A stretch of DNA of 64,000 bases from Octopus sinensis (lineage: Eukaryota). The stretch lies in contig NC_042997.1 in assembly GCF_006345805.1 (NCBI RefSeq), forward strand, positions 157,170,001-157,234,000, written 5' to 3'. A program made the position numbers and the translations under genes. The notes beneath the pieces were generated by a model. The model did no database searches. It saw only the letters and a program-made list of their open reading frames with translations, and was not told the origin of the DNA. Positions 51,960-64,000 of this stretch are shown here, piece after piece (positions within the stretch are counted from its first letter, which is position 1; each line of letters starts with the position of its first letter).

Positions 51960-53099
51960 GTGTTTGTGCGTATATATATATATATATATAAGTGTATATA
52001 ATCGCAATATTCCCAGGAATATCATAATTTTTTTCATTCTGAAACTACACAAACTTGAAAATAGTTTCTCATTTAAAAATGATGACGGGTGAATATTTCA
52101 CAGTATAAAAATCTTACATTACATTTAAAGACAACAAACAAAATTTTATTAATAATTTTTTTGTAGAAAGAAAGTTCAATATAACGGATAAAATTATCTT
52201 GCACACTATGTTTCTTAAAATTTATCAATGAATTTATCTGCATACGATAACAGTATCTCTGATATAAATTAAGTAGTATTAGTTGTATCCAAATACATGA
52301 ATTTTCTCTGATGTCATTTAATTTTATCCTTCTATAACTGACCCTTTCATCCTGAAAGCATGAGTATTCACCATAGTTCAAGGATAAGGATTTCATAACC
52401 ATGCACGCAGGCAAATTATTGCTGTCTTTCGAAACGCATAACTTAAATTATACAGAAATTTGAGCTTACTTGTCGTTATATTTTACATTCATTACACAAT
52501 TTCAATATTTTACAGAGTATTTAATATCTAGACGAGGGGCTCAATATTACTTGAAATATGAATACCAAACAGTTAGATAGTTCAAGAAAACAAAACAAAG
52601 CAAAACAAAACAGCTCTCCTTGCGTTATTAAAAAAATATGAACCAAAAAGTTTCTGTTGGCACAAACTTACACAGTTAACTCCTCAGATACCACCCTCAA
52701 TTTAGAAACCAATAAACACTATTCGTTTAGAAGCCAAAAATATATAAATAAATAAATAATGATACGGTATATAAATATTAAGTCAAACAAGCAGCTTTCC
52801 ATTCCAAATAATTTAGTGGAAAATTTTAGGATGTAGTTACCGGTGTTCATTTCATATATTTTCTTTTAACAATGCAGACCTTGTTATAACAAAGCGTTAA
52901 AATCTAGTTTTAAGGTCAAGTTTAATTACGTAATAAAAAATATTCTTAGTCACACACACAAAAACAAAACGAAACGTAAAATTGTTATTTCTAAACATTT
53001 CTATAAATTACAGAAAAGTATTTTCCTCAAAGTCATAGATTTTCAAGTTAAATTTCAGTTGTACAAACAAATTAGCAATAGATATAGTAAATATATGCG

Positions 53100-53290
53100 T
53101 TTCAAATTCCGGGGGTGGCGGGAAGTCGATTACATTGACCCCCCCCCCCCCCAGTGCTCGGCTGCAACTTATTTTAACGATGTCCAAAAGAATGGAAGGC
53201 AAAGTCGACCTCGGTAGGATTTGAACTCAGAGCCGGACGAAATGCCGCTTAGCATTTTGCCCGGCGTACTAACGATTCCGTCAGCTTGCC
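53100..53290 (-). mobile_element. SINE family B1
   Basis: aagtcgattacattgacccc, ggcaaagtcgacctcggtaggatttgaactcag, gcccggcgtactaacgattc. Confidence 0.8.
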
Positions 53291-53654
53291 TAGAGTAGAA
53301 AAGTTTATTAATAGTAAAAAGCTTAAGCAAATATCCATATCCAATTCTTTCTGTTCGTAAAATTGCTTTAAAACCATAAATTGCCCATTAAATAGTTTCT
53401 CCATCAAAAGTAATAGTCAAATTTACGAAAGTATTTATAACTAATGATTCAGACAGTAAAGATTAGATCAGCTTGACTGGGAAAACTTTTAATTCAACAT
53501 ATAATCAACTAAAAACACTTTCAGAAATCCTGACAGATTTTTCAGCTCCACATAAATGCTACCATATTGGCTCAGCTTCGAATGATATTATCTAGAGAAT
53601 TTTCCTAATTATCACCTGGCCTAAGAGATCTAGAAAGTTCTATTATTAATTATT

Positions 53655-53812
53655 GGGGCAAGTATTGCTGTGTGGTTAAGAAGTTCGCTTTACAACCACA
53701 TGGTTTTCGGTTCAATCCCACTGCGCAGTACGTCGGGCCAGGTTCTTCTACTATAGCCGATGAATACCTAGTGAATGAAATTGGTTGGTGGAAACTCTGT
53801 AGAAGCTTGTCC
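53655..53812 (+). mobile_element. SINE family A 5' half
   Basis: gctgtgtggttaagaagttcgc...caaccacatgg...ggttcaatcccactgcg. Confidence 0.7.
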
Positions 53813-53884
53813 TTTATACATACATGTATACATACATGTATATAGACAGACACACACACATATATATATATATATTCTTTTTTT

Positions 53885-54180
53885 CTTTTTCTTTTTACTT
53901 GTTTCAAACATTTGACTGCGGCCATGTTGGAGCCTAGTACTTCTGCTATCCGTCTCTTTTGCTGAACCGCTAAGTTACGGGGACGTAAACACACCAACAT
54001 CGGTTGTCAATCGATGTTGGCGGGACAAACACACACACACATATAATATACACACATATACAACGGGCTTCTTTCACTTTCCGTCTACCAAATCTAGTCA
54101 CAAGGCTTTAGTCGGCCCGAAACTATAGTAGAAGACAATTGCCCAAGGTGCAAACTTCTTACCACAGCCACTCCTGCGCT
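53885..54180 (-). mobile_element. SINE family A (internal deletions)
   Basis: tttgactgcggccatg through cttaccacagccactcctgcgc. Confidence 0.8.
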
Positions 54181-54254
54181 TATGTATTGTGTATGTATGT
54201 GTGTGTGTGTGTGTGTTTGTGTGTATATATCTATGTGTATATACGTGTATTTTC

Positions 54255-54382
54255 TGCCGAGGCCAATTTTGCCTGTCATCTGTTCGGGGTCGATAAAGTA
54301 AGTACCAGCTTAGTGCTGGGATTGATGTAATCGACTAGCCCCTTCGCTCGAAATTGTTGGCCTCGTGCCAACATTTGAAACC
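54255..54382 (+). mobile_element. SINE family B1 3' part
   Basis: ttcggggtcgataaagtaagtaccag through gtgccaacatttgaaacc. Confidence 0.75.
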
Positions 54383-54697
54383 ATTATTAGGTTGTTCTTC
54401 CTGTGTAGCCCCTCATCAGTCCAGGATTAAACAGGCCTAAGCTTAAAAGCAATTTTGCAAGAAATTTGACTCAAGTATTTGACATTATCCAGGGTGCTAC
54501 TGATTTTTCAACCAATCACAACCTCCGTTGATGACAATGATATTTTCAGAATTAGTCAAGGACTACAAATTTAGGTGTAGTATCGGCCCCAGTATTTGAT
54601 TGGTAATTATTTTATTGATCCAGATTAATGAAAGTTATTATCGACCCCGGTGGGTTTTGAACTCATAACGCATGAGTTATAACTTTATATTGGTCTT

Positions 54698-55068
54698 GAA
54701 GCACTCCGTCGGTTACGACGATGAGGGTTACGGTTGATCCGATCAACGGAACAGCCTGCTCGTGAAATTAACGTGTAAGTGGCATGCACTCCACAGACAC
54801 GTGTACCCTTAACGTAGTTCTCGGGGATATTCAGCGTGACACAGAGAGTGACAAGGCTGGCCCTTTGAAATACAGGTACAACAGGAAGTAAGAGTGAGAG
54901 AAAGTTGTGGTGAAAGAGTACAGCAGGGATCACCACCATCCCTGCCGGAGACTCGTGGAGCTTTAAGTGTTTTCGCTCAATAAACACTCACAACGCCCGG
55001 TCTGGGAATCGAAACCGCGATCCTACGACCGCGAGTCCGCTGCCCTAACCACTGGGCCATTGCGCCTC
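54698..55068 (-). mobile_element. SINE family C, young copy
   Basis: Minus-strand tRNA-like head gaggcgcaatggcccagtggttagggcagcggactcgcgg...ggtttcgattccc; tataactttatat on both flanks (54678-54690, 55071-55083) as a probable TSD. Confidence 0.85.
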
Positions 55069-55759
55069 TATATAACTTTATATATATATATATTCGAAGG
55101 CGTTTTATTCAACGCTGTATGGTCTCCACCATTCTCGCTTCATTAATTGTTTTAAATTTGAATTAAAAACTTCACCGAAACACTGTTGTCCGACATTGTT
55201 CTATAGTTATACTCCATCAACACATACTTCTATTTCTGAATCACTAATGTGTAACAAAACTTCATCCGCTTCGGTCACAGCGACATAAAACCAACCGCTC
55301 TTATGCGATGAATTACATGGAAAAGAAAACGCTTGTGTTTCTACTTTAGCTCCGTAAGTATGTTTATATATTTATGTCATTACTACGCGTAGGAAAATAG
55401 TTCAAATCGAAACGAGGCGTACGCTTTATGTTTTTGTTGTAACTTTATGCGACTAATGAAACTGCTCTTAACACTCCCGTTTAATTTTTTTTATTCTTTT
55501 TTACTACAGACACAGCAGTAGTTAACATTTCTTTCACATCAACGGATCCTTTCGTTTATCTGTTTATTTTTATCTTTTAGTTCTTGATGTTTTGTCGTTG
55601 TTATTCTTGTTTTTTCTTTAACTCTGGCTTTACAAACCCATTTCTATTTGCCTTCCACTCCCTCTTGGTTTCAATTTTTTTTTCCATCCTTCACTTTTAA
55701 CGTCTCTGTTTCACTAGTTCGCTTTTTTTCATTCAGATATATATGTATATCATTTATCT

Positions 55760-55970
55760 TTTATCTGTTTCAGTCATTAGACTGCGGCCATGCTGGGGCA
55801 CCAACTTAGGAAAATTATAGTAGAATGAATCGACCCCAGTTCTTACCTTTTTAAAAAACTGGTACTTATTCTATCGGTCTCTTAAGCCGAGCTGTAAGTT
55901 ATGGGGACATAGACACACTAATACCGGTTGTTAAGCAGTGGTGGAGGACAAAGACACACACACACACACA

Positions 55971-56018
<48 letters not shown>

Positions 56019-56163
56019 TCAGTTTCTGCCTACTAAACCCACTCACAAAGATCTGGTCGGCCTGAGGCTATAGTAGAAGACAGTTACTCAAGGTGCCACG
56101 CTGTGGGACTGAACCCAGAATTATGTAGTTCGGAAGCAAGCGTCTTACCACGCAGCTACCCCT
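55760..56163 (-). mobile_element. SINE family A, full length
   Basis: tgtttcagtcattagactgcggccatgctggggcacc through gtgggactgaaccc. Confidence 0.85.
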
Positions 56164-56183
56164 AGTCTATATATATCTTTTCA

Positions 56184-56450
56184 GAAACAGTGTATCTCGA
56201 AGCACCGAGAGCTATACAGATAATAGCATAGAGATATATTGGGTTCAAAATCCTTTTTGGATAGAAAAAAATCGACAGCTGCCCGTTGGACTCGAACACA
56301 CATCTCCTGTAGAACACCCCTTGTGTCCATAGGCGATGTGGCTTGGAGTCTCACGGGCAACCTTCGATTTTTTTCTATCCAAAAGTGATTTTCAACACAA
56401 TAATTTCATGCTATCATTTATAGCTTTAGGTGCTTCGTGATCCAGTGTTC
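56184..56450. mobile_element. Foldback/MITE-like element with ~105-110-bp inverted arms
   Basis: Arms 56184-56293 and 56346-56450 are reverse complements (e.g. ttttggatagaaaaaaatcga and tcgatttttttctatccaaaa; cgaagcacc and ggtgcttcg). Confidence 0.75.
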
Positions 56451-57093
56451 CAAAACAAAACTATTTCACATTGTCGTGAAAGTTTATCAATTTCAATGAC
56501 ATAATAAATGTCGAACGTGAAATAATTGATTAAAAATTACGTTTTCTAAAGTTTGTGCCGGAGCAGTCCTTGACTTTTCCCTTTCGGAAAATACATGATA
56601 GTACACATATAAAGTGCTTTCACATTTATTTATGTTTTATATCTAAGATTATATTCTCCAATGTATCTTTCCTTTATAAGAGTGAATTGACGGAAATGTA
56701 GCTGCTATCTCTAGCAGTTCCAACGACTGCATAGCGGTTCCCTCGTTGACTTGACAAAGATGTGGAAATATAGTTTATGTTTAGGGAAAATGAAACACCA
56801 GAGACTGAAGGAAACAGTAGCATATGGTAGTTGTCGTTACAGAACATGCTATCATGTTGAATATACTACACTGGCTCAGAGTACTAGACTCAACGTGGCT
56901 ACGTAGCTCACATGTTAATCGCGTCGTTTCAGGTTCGGTCCTACTGTCTAGCACATTTTGGCAAGTGTCTTTTACTATGCCCCCGGGTCGACCAACACCT
57001 TTATAAGTGAATTTGGTTTACGGAGACACAAGGGAGCTCGTCGTGTATGTATGTATGCATGTATGTATATGTACGAATGTATATATGAATATG

Positions 57094-57137
<44 letters not shown>

Positions 57138-57187
57138 GGTGTAATATATATGTATGTAATATATATATGCATGTATACGTATGTGTG

Positions 57188-57219
<32 letters not shown>

Positions 57220-57244
57220 TAATATATATACATATATATGCATG

Positions 57245-57286
<42 letters not shown>

Positions 57287-57289
<3 letters not shown>

Positions 57290-57679
57290 ATTGGAATTGG
57301 AAGCACTCCGTCGATTACGACGATGAGGGTTCCGGTTGATCCGAATCAACGGAACAGCCTGCTCGTGAAATTAACGTGTAAGTGGCTGAGCACTCCACAG
57401 ACACGTGTACCCTTAACGTAGTTCTCGGGGATATTCAGCGTGACACAGAGAGTGACAAGGCCGGCCCTTTGAAATACCGGTACAACAGAAACAGGAAGTA
57501 AAAGTGAGAGAAAGTTGTGGTGAAAGAGTACAGCAGGGATCACCACCATCCCTGCCGGAGCCTCGTGGAGCTTTAGGTGTTTTCGCTCAATAAACACTCA
57601 CAACGCCCGGTCTGGGAATCGAAACCGCGATCCTATGACCGCGAGTCCGCTGCCCTAACCACTGGGCCATTGCGCCTCC
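57287..57679 (-). mobile_element. SINE family C, young copy inserted in (TA)n
   Basis: Near-identical to 54698-55068; short ccaatt-type tail. Confidence 0.85.
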
Positions 57680-57808
57680 ACATATATGTATATAATTGCA
57701 TATATACATATACGTGTTTATATATATATATATATATGCATGTATACTTGTGTGTGTGTATATATATATATGTACACGTATACATATGTGTGTATATATA
57801 TATATGTG

Positions 57809-57857
<49 letters not shown>

Positions 57858-58474
57858 CATTTCTATGCATGTATACATGTGTGTGAATGTGTTGCGTATA
57901 TATGCATGTACAAACATGTGTGTGCTGCGTGAAGGTGCGTGGCCTAGTTACGGTTTCGATTCCAGACCCGGGCTGTGAGTTTTGTTGAACAAAACACTTC
58001 ATTTCACGTTGTTCTGTAATCATTTTGACATCTCACGTACGGTACACTGAGCACCAATAAAGGCAACTTCAATTCGATAGAAGGAATGAAGTAATGTACA
58101 CCACAATTAATAGATCACTATAAGCCAATCATCCGTGCAGATTGTTCAATAAGACGTTGGAGAGCCTCATCTGTTCTTTACGACAACAGTGTCAATGGCG
58201 TATATTGCAATTACGTGCAAGCACACACAAAAAATGTGTTACATTTACTTTTTATATATTTCTCGATGTCAAATATTTTGCAGTGCCATTGTGACTTGGA
58301 TGGTCATTGATACAGTTCTACAGCAACCATTTAACCGTACGACGAACATTTTGACACTTCCTAAATAAAATAAGAAGTGAATTTAACAGTTTTTGCGTTT
58401 TAGGTGGCCAAAATAGCTCTTCCGCGATGTAATTGCTTTAGTTTCAACACATTTTCTCAGATCAAATCACTTGC

Positions 58475-58564
<90 letters not shown>

Positions 58565-58924
58565 TGTATGTGTGTGTGTGTACAAGTACATCTTTGGCAT
58601 GTCGTGACCGAGACGTACGCGCGAGAATAATTATCAAGAAACATGTGAAGAATTTAGAACGGTTCCAACACAAATCAATTTAATGAAGAAATTCGGATTG
58701 AAATACCAAAAGAAAGTGAAAATGTAAAAAGCACTTACGAAACTTGCCTCGTTTTGGAATAGGAACTAAACATATACTTGGGGCACAACATCAAATACAA
58801 CATGAAGCAAACACTATCTCAAGTAAAGCTCATATTCTGGTTAGCATAATAGTAATGAAATGGTGTGTATCATTAGAAATCAGACTGAAGAAATTTTTAC
58901 TTTTAATAAATCTTTTCTACTCTA

Positions 58925-59565
58925 GGCACAAGGCCTGAAATTTTTGGGGAAGGAGCTAGTCGATTAGATCGGCCCCAGTACGCAAGTGGTACTTAATATA
59001 TCGACCGCAAAAGGATGAAAGGCAAAGTCGACCTCGGTGGAATTTGAACTCAGAACGTAGCAGCAGACGAAATACCTATTTCTTTACTGCTCACTAGGGG
59101 CTACACACATGGGGGACAAACAAGGACAGACAAACGGATTAAGTCGATTATATCGACCCTAGTGCGTAACTGATACTTAATTTATCGACCCCGAAAGGAT
59201 GAAAGGCAAAGTCGACCTTGGCGGAATTTGAACTCAGAACGTAGCGGCAGCCGAAATACTGCTAAGCATTTCGCCCGGCGTGCAAACGATTCTGCCAGCT
59301 CACCATGCGAATGTATCAAGAATTTTCATTTGAAGTGACTTAACATATATAATAGTTTCAAAATTTTGCCCAAGGACAGCAATTTCGGGGAAGGAGGTAA
59401 GTCAATTATATCGACCTAACTGTTTAAGTGGTACTTATTTTATTGATGCCATAAAGATGAAAGGCACAGTCGAACTCGGCGGAATTTGAACTCAGAACAT
59501 GAATCCAGAAGAGATACCCCAAAAACATTTCGTCCGGTACGGTAGCGATTCGGCCACCTCGTTGC
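58925..59565 (-). mobile_element. Cluster of B-family SINEs: B1 (58925-59076), B2 (59077-59305), B1 (59355-59565)
   Basis: Three occurrences of aggca.agtcga.ct.gg.ggaatttgaactcagaac; the middle copy carries the B2 tail. Confidence 0.82.
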
Positions 59566-60948
59566 CTAATGAATAATACGTAATGTCTTTTTACTTGTTT
59601 CAGTCGTTAGACTTGTGGCCGTGCTGTATACTATAAATTAGCCTTGAGGTTTCTTTCACTTTCATTTTGTGTGCGTATGTGTGTAAACTCATATACGTAT
59701 AGGAGATTATTGTTATAACTACAAGTGTCACTGCTCCGTTAAAGACTTGCGTGTGCAGTACAGAGAAATTAGCACACGTGAAAATAGTAATGATATTATC
59801 AATATAGATTAATCTTGTGAGTTACATATGCACACACACACACACGCGCGCGCGCATAGACATCTACGCGATTTTGCTTTGAACTTTTGTAAGAATACAT
59901 GTATTTCTCTGAGTGTGTGTATGCGTGCGTATGTATGTATGTATGTATGTATGTAGTATGTATGTATGTATGTATGTATGTATGTATGTATGTATGTATG
60001 TATATGCGCGTATTAATAGCTTCTCAACTAGTAACAATGAGATATCAATGACGAAAAAAGACGAAAGAGAAATATCAGAGGTGGGGCTTGAAGTAGGAAG
60101 TGGGGTGTGGTTTTTGGTTTGTAGGAGAAGGTCAGGGAACAGTCTTCCTCTCTCTCTCTCTCTCTCATCCTTTAGAAAGCGAAGTTGATAAGATGAAGGC
60201 TATCAACGTAGTAAATATATAAATAAGCAAATAGCTAAACAGATATATAAATATATAAATAAATAGAGAAGTGAGATAACGGACTGTTATAGGATCGGGT
60301 TATGTTGGCTATCTAACTGAAGAGTCAGTGGAGCGTGTCCGCTGAAAGTTGACGAAGTCACATTAGAAGGAAGCTTGGGAGACTTAGACACGGCTCCGTT
60401 TTTTGACAAGGAGGATTTTCGCCGCCACCTATGACAAACTGACAGCATCATGTGAGCCACCAAAGCGGGAGCTAACCTGTCACCCATCCCTTAATCTGGC
60501 CCTACTTTCCTTAACCTTCCTAAAGTGGAACTCACACATTTGGTAGTTTTATTTTTTGATTTTGGAAGTGGTTTGCAGTTGTTGTTGTTGCTTAGTTAGA
60601 AGACAAAGGACAGCCCCATGACAGAGAAGGATAAATCTCGATTCGTACATAGATTGTTATAGGAAGTAGCAAGACTCGAAAAGGGTTCAAAATGCTGGCA
60701 ACAGAGTGGACTTTATGAAAGTGTCCTGAGGAACAGGTGGTGTTAAACTGGGCGATGGATTAAAGTTTACCTCCAGCAATAGAAGCGGTTTCTTTGGCAG
60801 GTTTCAGACACAAAGCATTTTGTAAGTTAAGAGGAGCTACAGTAGAAAGATTTCTTCGTTCAAAATACTACGCAGTGAGATCGAACTTGGTACCATGTAA
60901 TTGTAAAAACGAACGTCTAGTTCACACATCCACGCCAGTGCTCAGTGT

Positions 60949-60998
<50 letters not shown>

Positions 60999-61199
60999 CC
61001 ACACAAGTATTGAATTCTTACTTTATTTAACGATCAGGGAATGGGACGTGATAAGCAAAAATGTGTCCGCTGCAGAATTTGAACTCAGATCATGAAGACC
61101 CGGAAAAAAATACTGCGAGAACTTCTATCCGACGATGTAATAACTTAGTCAATTCGCCGGGAAATGGCAGTTATTACTTTTTCTTTCTTAACGTTACAG

Positions 61200-61420
61200 G
61201 TTTATGGCGTTTGAGCGACTGAAAATACAAGACTTCCTCCTGGATGGAATGTCAGCCGATTGCAAAATTAACCCCCATTCCATCCAGCTACTAATTTTTA
61301 GTTAAATGGACTGGAACAAGCAAGAAGTGAAGCGCTTTGCCCAAAAAAACCCCAACACACTGCCTGGTTCGAGAATCGAACCTATGATTTAATGACTGTG
61401 CGTTCAAACTCTAACGAAGA
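61200..61420 (-). mobile_element. SINE family D (V-domain-like), degenerate
   Basis: cctggatggaatgtcagccgattgca, tggactggaacaag, gagaatcgaacc parallel 3470-3690. Confidence 0.5.
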
Positions 61421-61591
61421 GTCCAGGCACCTTTACGAAAGGACAATATACTCTGATGTAAACAGAGAAGAAATGGTAGCAAAGATTTTAGTTAACTGTT
61501 TAGTTAACCATTCTAAGTTAACCGTTTAGTAAAGATTATCAATGTATCAAACGGGAATAATAATCAGCGCTTCTCAACCATTGGTTTGCAA

Positions 61592-61736
61592 CATTGGCGT
61601 AGTTAGTGTGTGTGCGTTGCCCGGGGGCAGCCCTTGTGTTTGCTGCTTCCAAAGGCTCCTATGTACAGCAGACCCAAAAGTGCCGCTCCATAAAGCGTGC
61701 CCATAGCGGACCACCCTCCCACTAACTACGCTACTC
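61592..61736. mobile_element. Small GC-rich MITE
   Basis: TIR core gcgtagttagtg and cactaactacgc. Confidence 0.45.
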
Positions 61737-62534
61737 GGTCGCTATCCAAATTGGGTCTTGGTAAAATCGTTTACTTTTGAAATAATTGTTAAAATGCAAG
61801 ATGTTCATGAATAAACCATATTGGTTACAATACAACATTTACAGCAAACAAAAACTATCAAATGTTTTAGTGTGTCTTATTGGAATATATGAGAAAACCA
61901 GATCGTGGAGGTAAATGATTTACTGAAGTGGGTCGTGAAGGCATACTCTTCGGAATCACCGTACTTGCTGTCTTAGCAACCAAATTTAGGTTAGTGAAAG
62001 TCACTGTTGCTATATTAGTTGTTTAGCCTCAGACAGACCTCAACCAGCAGTCCTGTAATCCATTGTTCCTCAACCATTTTTTACCATTTTTTTGATTCCT
62101 ATTTTACTCAGATGGACCTTTCTAGCCATTCGATGTTTAAAACAAATCATGTGTTTTTATTATTAAATATTATTACGAATTGTATAAAAAAAATGTTAAT
62201 ATATTTTGCGAATTGTAAAAGTATAAGAAATCTATTGAACGTAAATGTTAACAACAAAATCTTTTATGGGCCCCACAAGACCACATATGCTGTGATCGAA
62301 GGTGTTCAAGCTGTGTCCATCCTGTTTTTTATTTATTTTTTTCATCAGGTTGTTTGCCTTTTGGACTATATTATTCAATGCAATTTCCATTTCAAGAAAG
62401 TAGACTGCAATTTGAGGGAGATTTAGCTGCTGTTTTGTTGTTTCGACTGCCTACGAAGAGCACCACTCTCCGCTGGTGCCATGTTAATATTAAAGTGTTA
62501 ATATATAAAACGTACTGGAAATTCGCATCTGTTG

Positions 62535-62895
62535 ACTTGTTTTAGTCATTGGACTGCGGCCATATTAGAAAACCGCTTTGAAGGGTTTAGTCGAACAAAT
62601 ACACTCAGTATTATTTCGTATTTCTTTTTTAAAGTCTGGTCGAGCCGCTACGTTACAGGAACATAAAAAAAACAGCACCAGTTGTCAACCGTTCGGGTGG
62701 AGACACACATACACACACATATATACGCACTTATATATACGACGGACTTCTACAGTTTCCGTCAAACAAATTCATTCACAAAACATTGGTTGGCCCGGCG
62801 TTATAGAAAACAATTTCCTCAAGTGCTGAACAATGGGACGGAACCACTTGGTTGCACTTGGTTGCAAAACAATCCTCTTCACCACGCAGCCATGG
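62535..62895 (-). mobile_element. SINE family A, old degenerate copy
   Basis: ttttagtcattggactgcggccat, ccagttgtcaacc, cagtttccgtc. Confidence 0.65.
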
Positions 62896-62978
62896 TATAT
62901 AATGAAGTAATGTATTTGTTAACTTTTTAGTAAAAACAGATAGGTACCCTGAAGACACTGTTTGACTTTATCGCTTGT

Positions 62979-63097
<119 letters not shown>

Positions 63098-63885
63098 TAA
63101 GAACGGTAATAGTTTCAAAGTTATTCAATTCTGACTCAGCCCAGGATCAAGTGGACCTACGACTAGTGACTTTGCAGCTATTACCTCACTGCCGACATTA
63201 CTTGAGTATGGTGCACCTACGCTGACATTACTGTATGTCTTTTCCCTTGAAGATGGTAGTGGTGCATGAGTTAAGGGACATTTAGCTGCTATTTCTCGTC
63301 GGACGATTGACCACGCAGAGACACTCTCTCATTGAATTGAGTACCAAAGTTCTTTCGCGATTGTCTACAGAAAACCTTTTCACTTCGATGCAGATACAAA
63401 ATCAACACACCTCACCAAGACTATAGCAGTTACAATGAGTTTTCTGTGTCACGATGATATAAAGTAGCAATTCTATGAAACTTATGGTACGAGACAAGAA
63501 AAAAAATACAAAACCGTCCTGTGGTCTGTCAATTGGTGTATACGAACAATTGGTTGTAAACAGACAGTTTCTGTGAGTCTGTGTGTGTGTGTGTGTGTGT
63601 GTGTTTAAATATAACATATGCACATACACACATACACACATGCGATGCACACGCACTTTTACAATAAAGTGCACATGAATGGGTCCATTTATGCACTCAT
63701 TTGTCTACATAATATGTATACAAGTGCATGCAAGCAGAAATAAACGTGACGTGTGTGTGTGTGTGTCTGTGTGTGTATGCGCGCGAGTATGGGTATATAT
63801 AAATATAAATTTACGTATATAAGTACATTCATATACATACATATATAAGTACATACATATACATACATAAGTACATGCATATAAG

Positions 63886-63921
<36 letters not shown>

Positions 63922-64000
63922 TACATACACACACACATATATTTAGGCATTTGTATTTAATAGTGTAATCGTTGTTCACGCACTTCCATAATAGCCCAGA

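Noticed and set aside
54990-55068. Functional tRNA gene (also 57600-57679 and the family A/B heads)
   Set aside because: A and B boxes are present, but the acceptor and anticodon stems do not pair properly and each continues into a repeated SINE body.
60320-60440. Open stretch CPLKVDEVTLEGSLGDLDTAPFFDKEDFRRHL
   Set aside because: It is short, bounded by stops, has a weak acceptor and no donor, and matches no family I recognise.

Overview
This is eukaryotic, AT-rich non-coding DNA saturated with microsatellites and transposons. The repeat landscape points to a coleoid cephalopod, most likely Octopus (inference from repeat content, not a database match). I found no supportable host protein-coding exon; nearly all ORFs in the track are translations of microsatellites. 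Protein-coding relics are all transposon-derived: (i) a frameshifted RTE-clade LINE (minus strand, ~9321-14050) with a C4HC3 PHD-type finger inserted inside its RT and a nested tandem-repeat 3' UTR; (ii) a young 5'-truncated Tx1/L1-clade LINE (42265-45004) lying between two (TATC)n tracts; (iii) a CR1/L2-group 3' fragment; (iv) an internally deleted mariner. Also present are a non-autonomous Helitron carrying a 116-bp tandem array, several MITEs, and dozens of tRNA-derived SINEs, which I label families A, B1, B2, C, D and E. The most interesting observations are minimal hammerhead-ribozyme motifs in a short Penelope-type repeat, and three apparent SINE/LINE 3'-tail partnerships readable within this one window (A-CR1, B2-Tx1, E-RTE). 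All alignments were done by eye; family names are assigned by motif resemblance.
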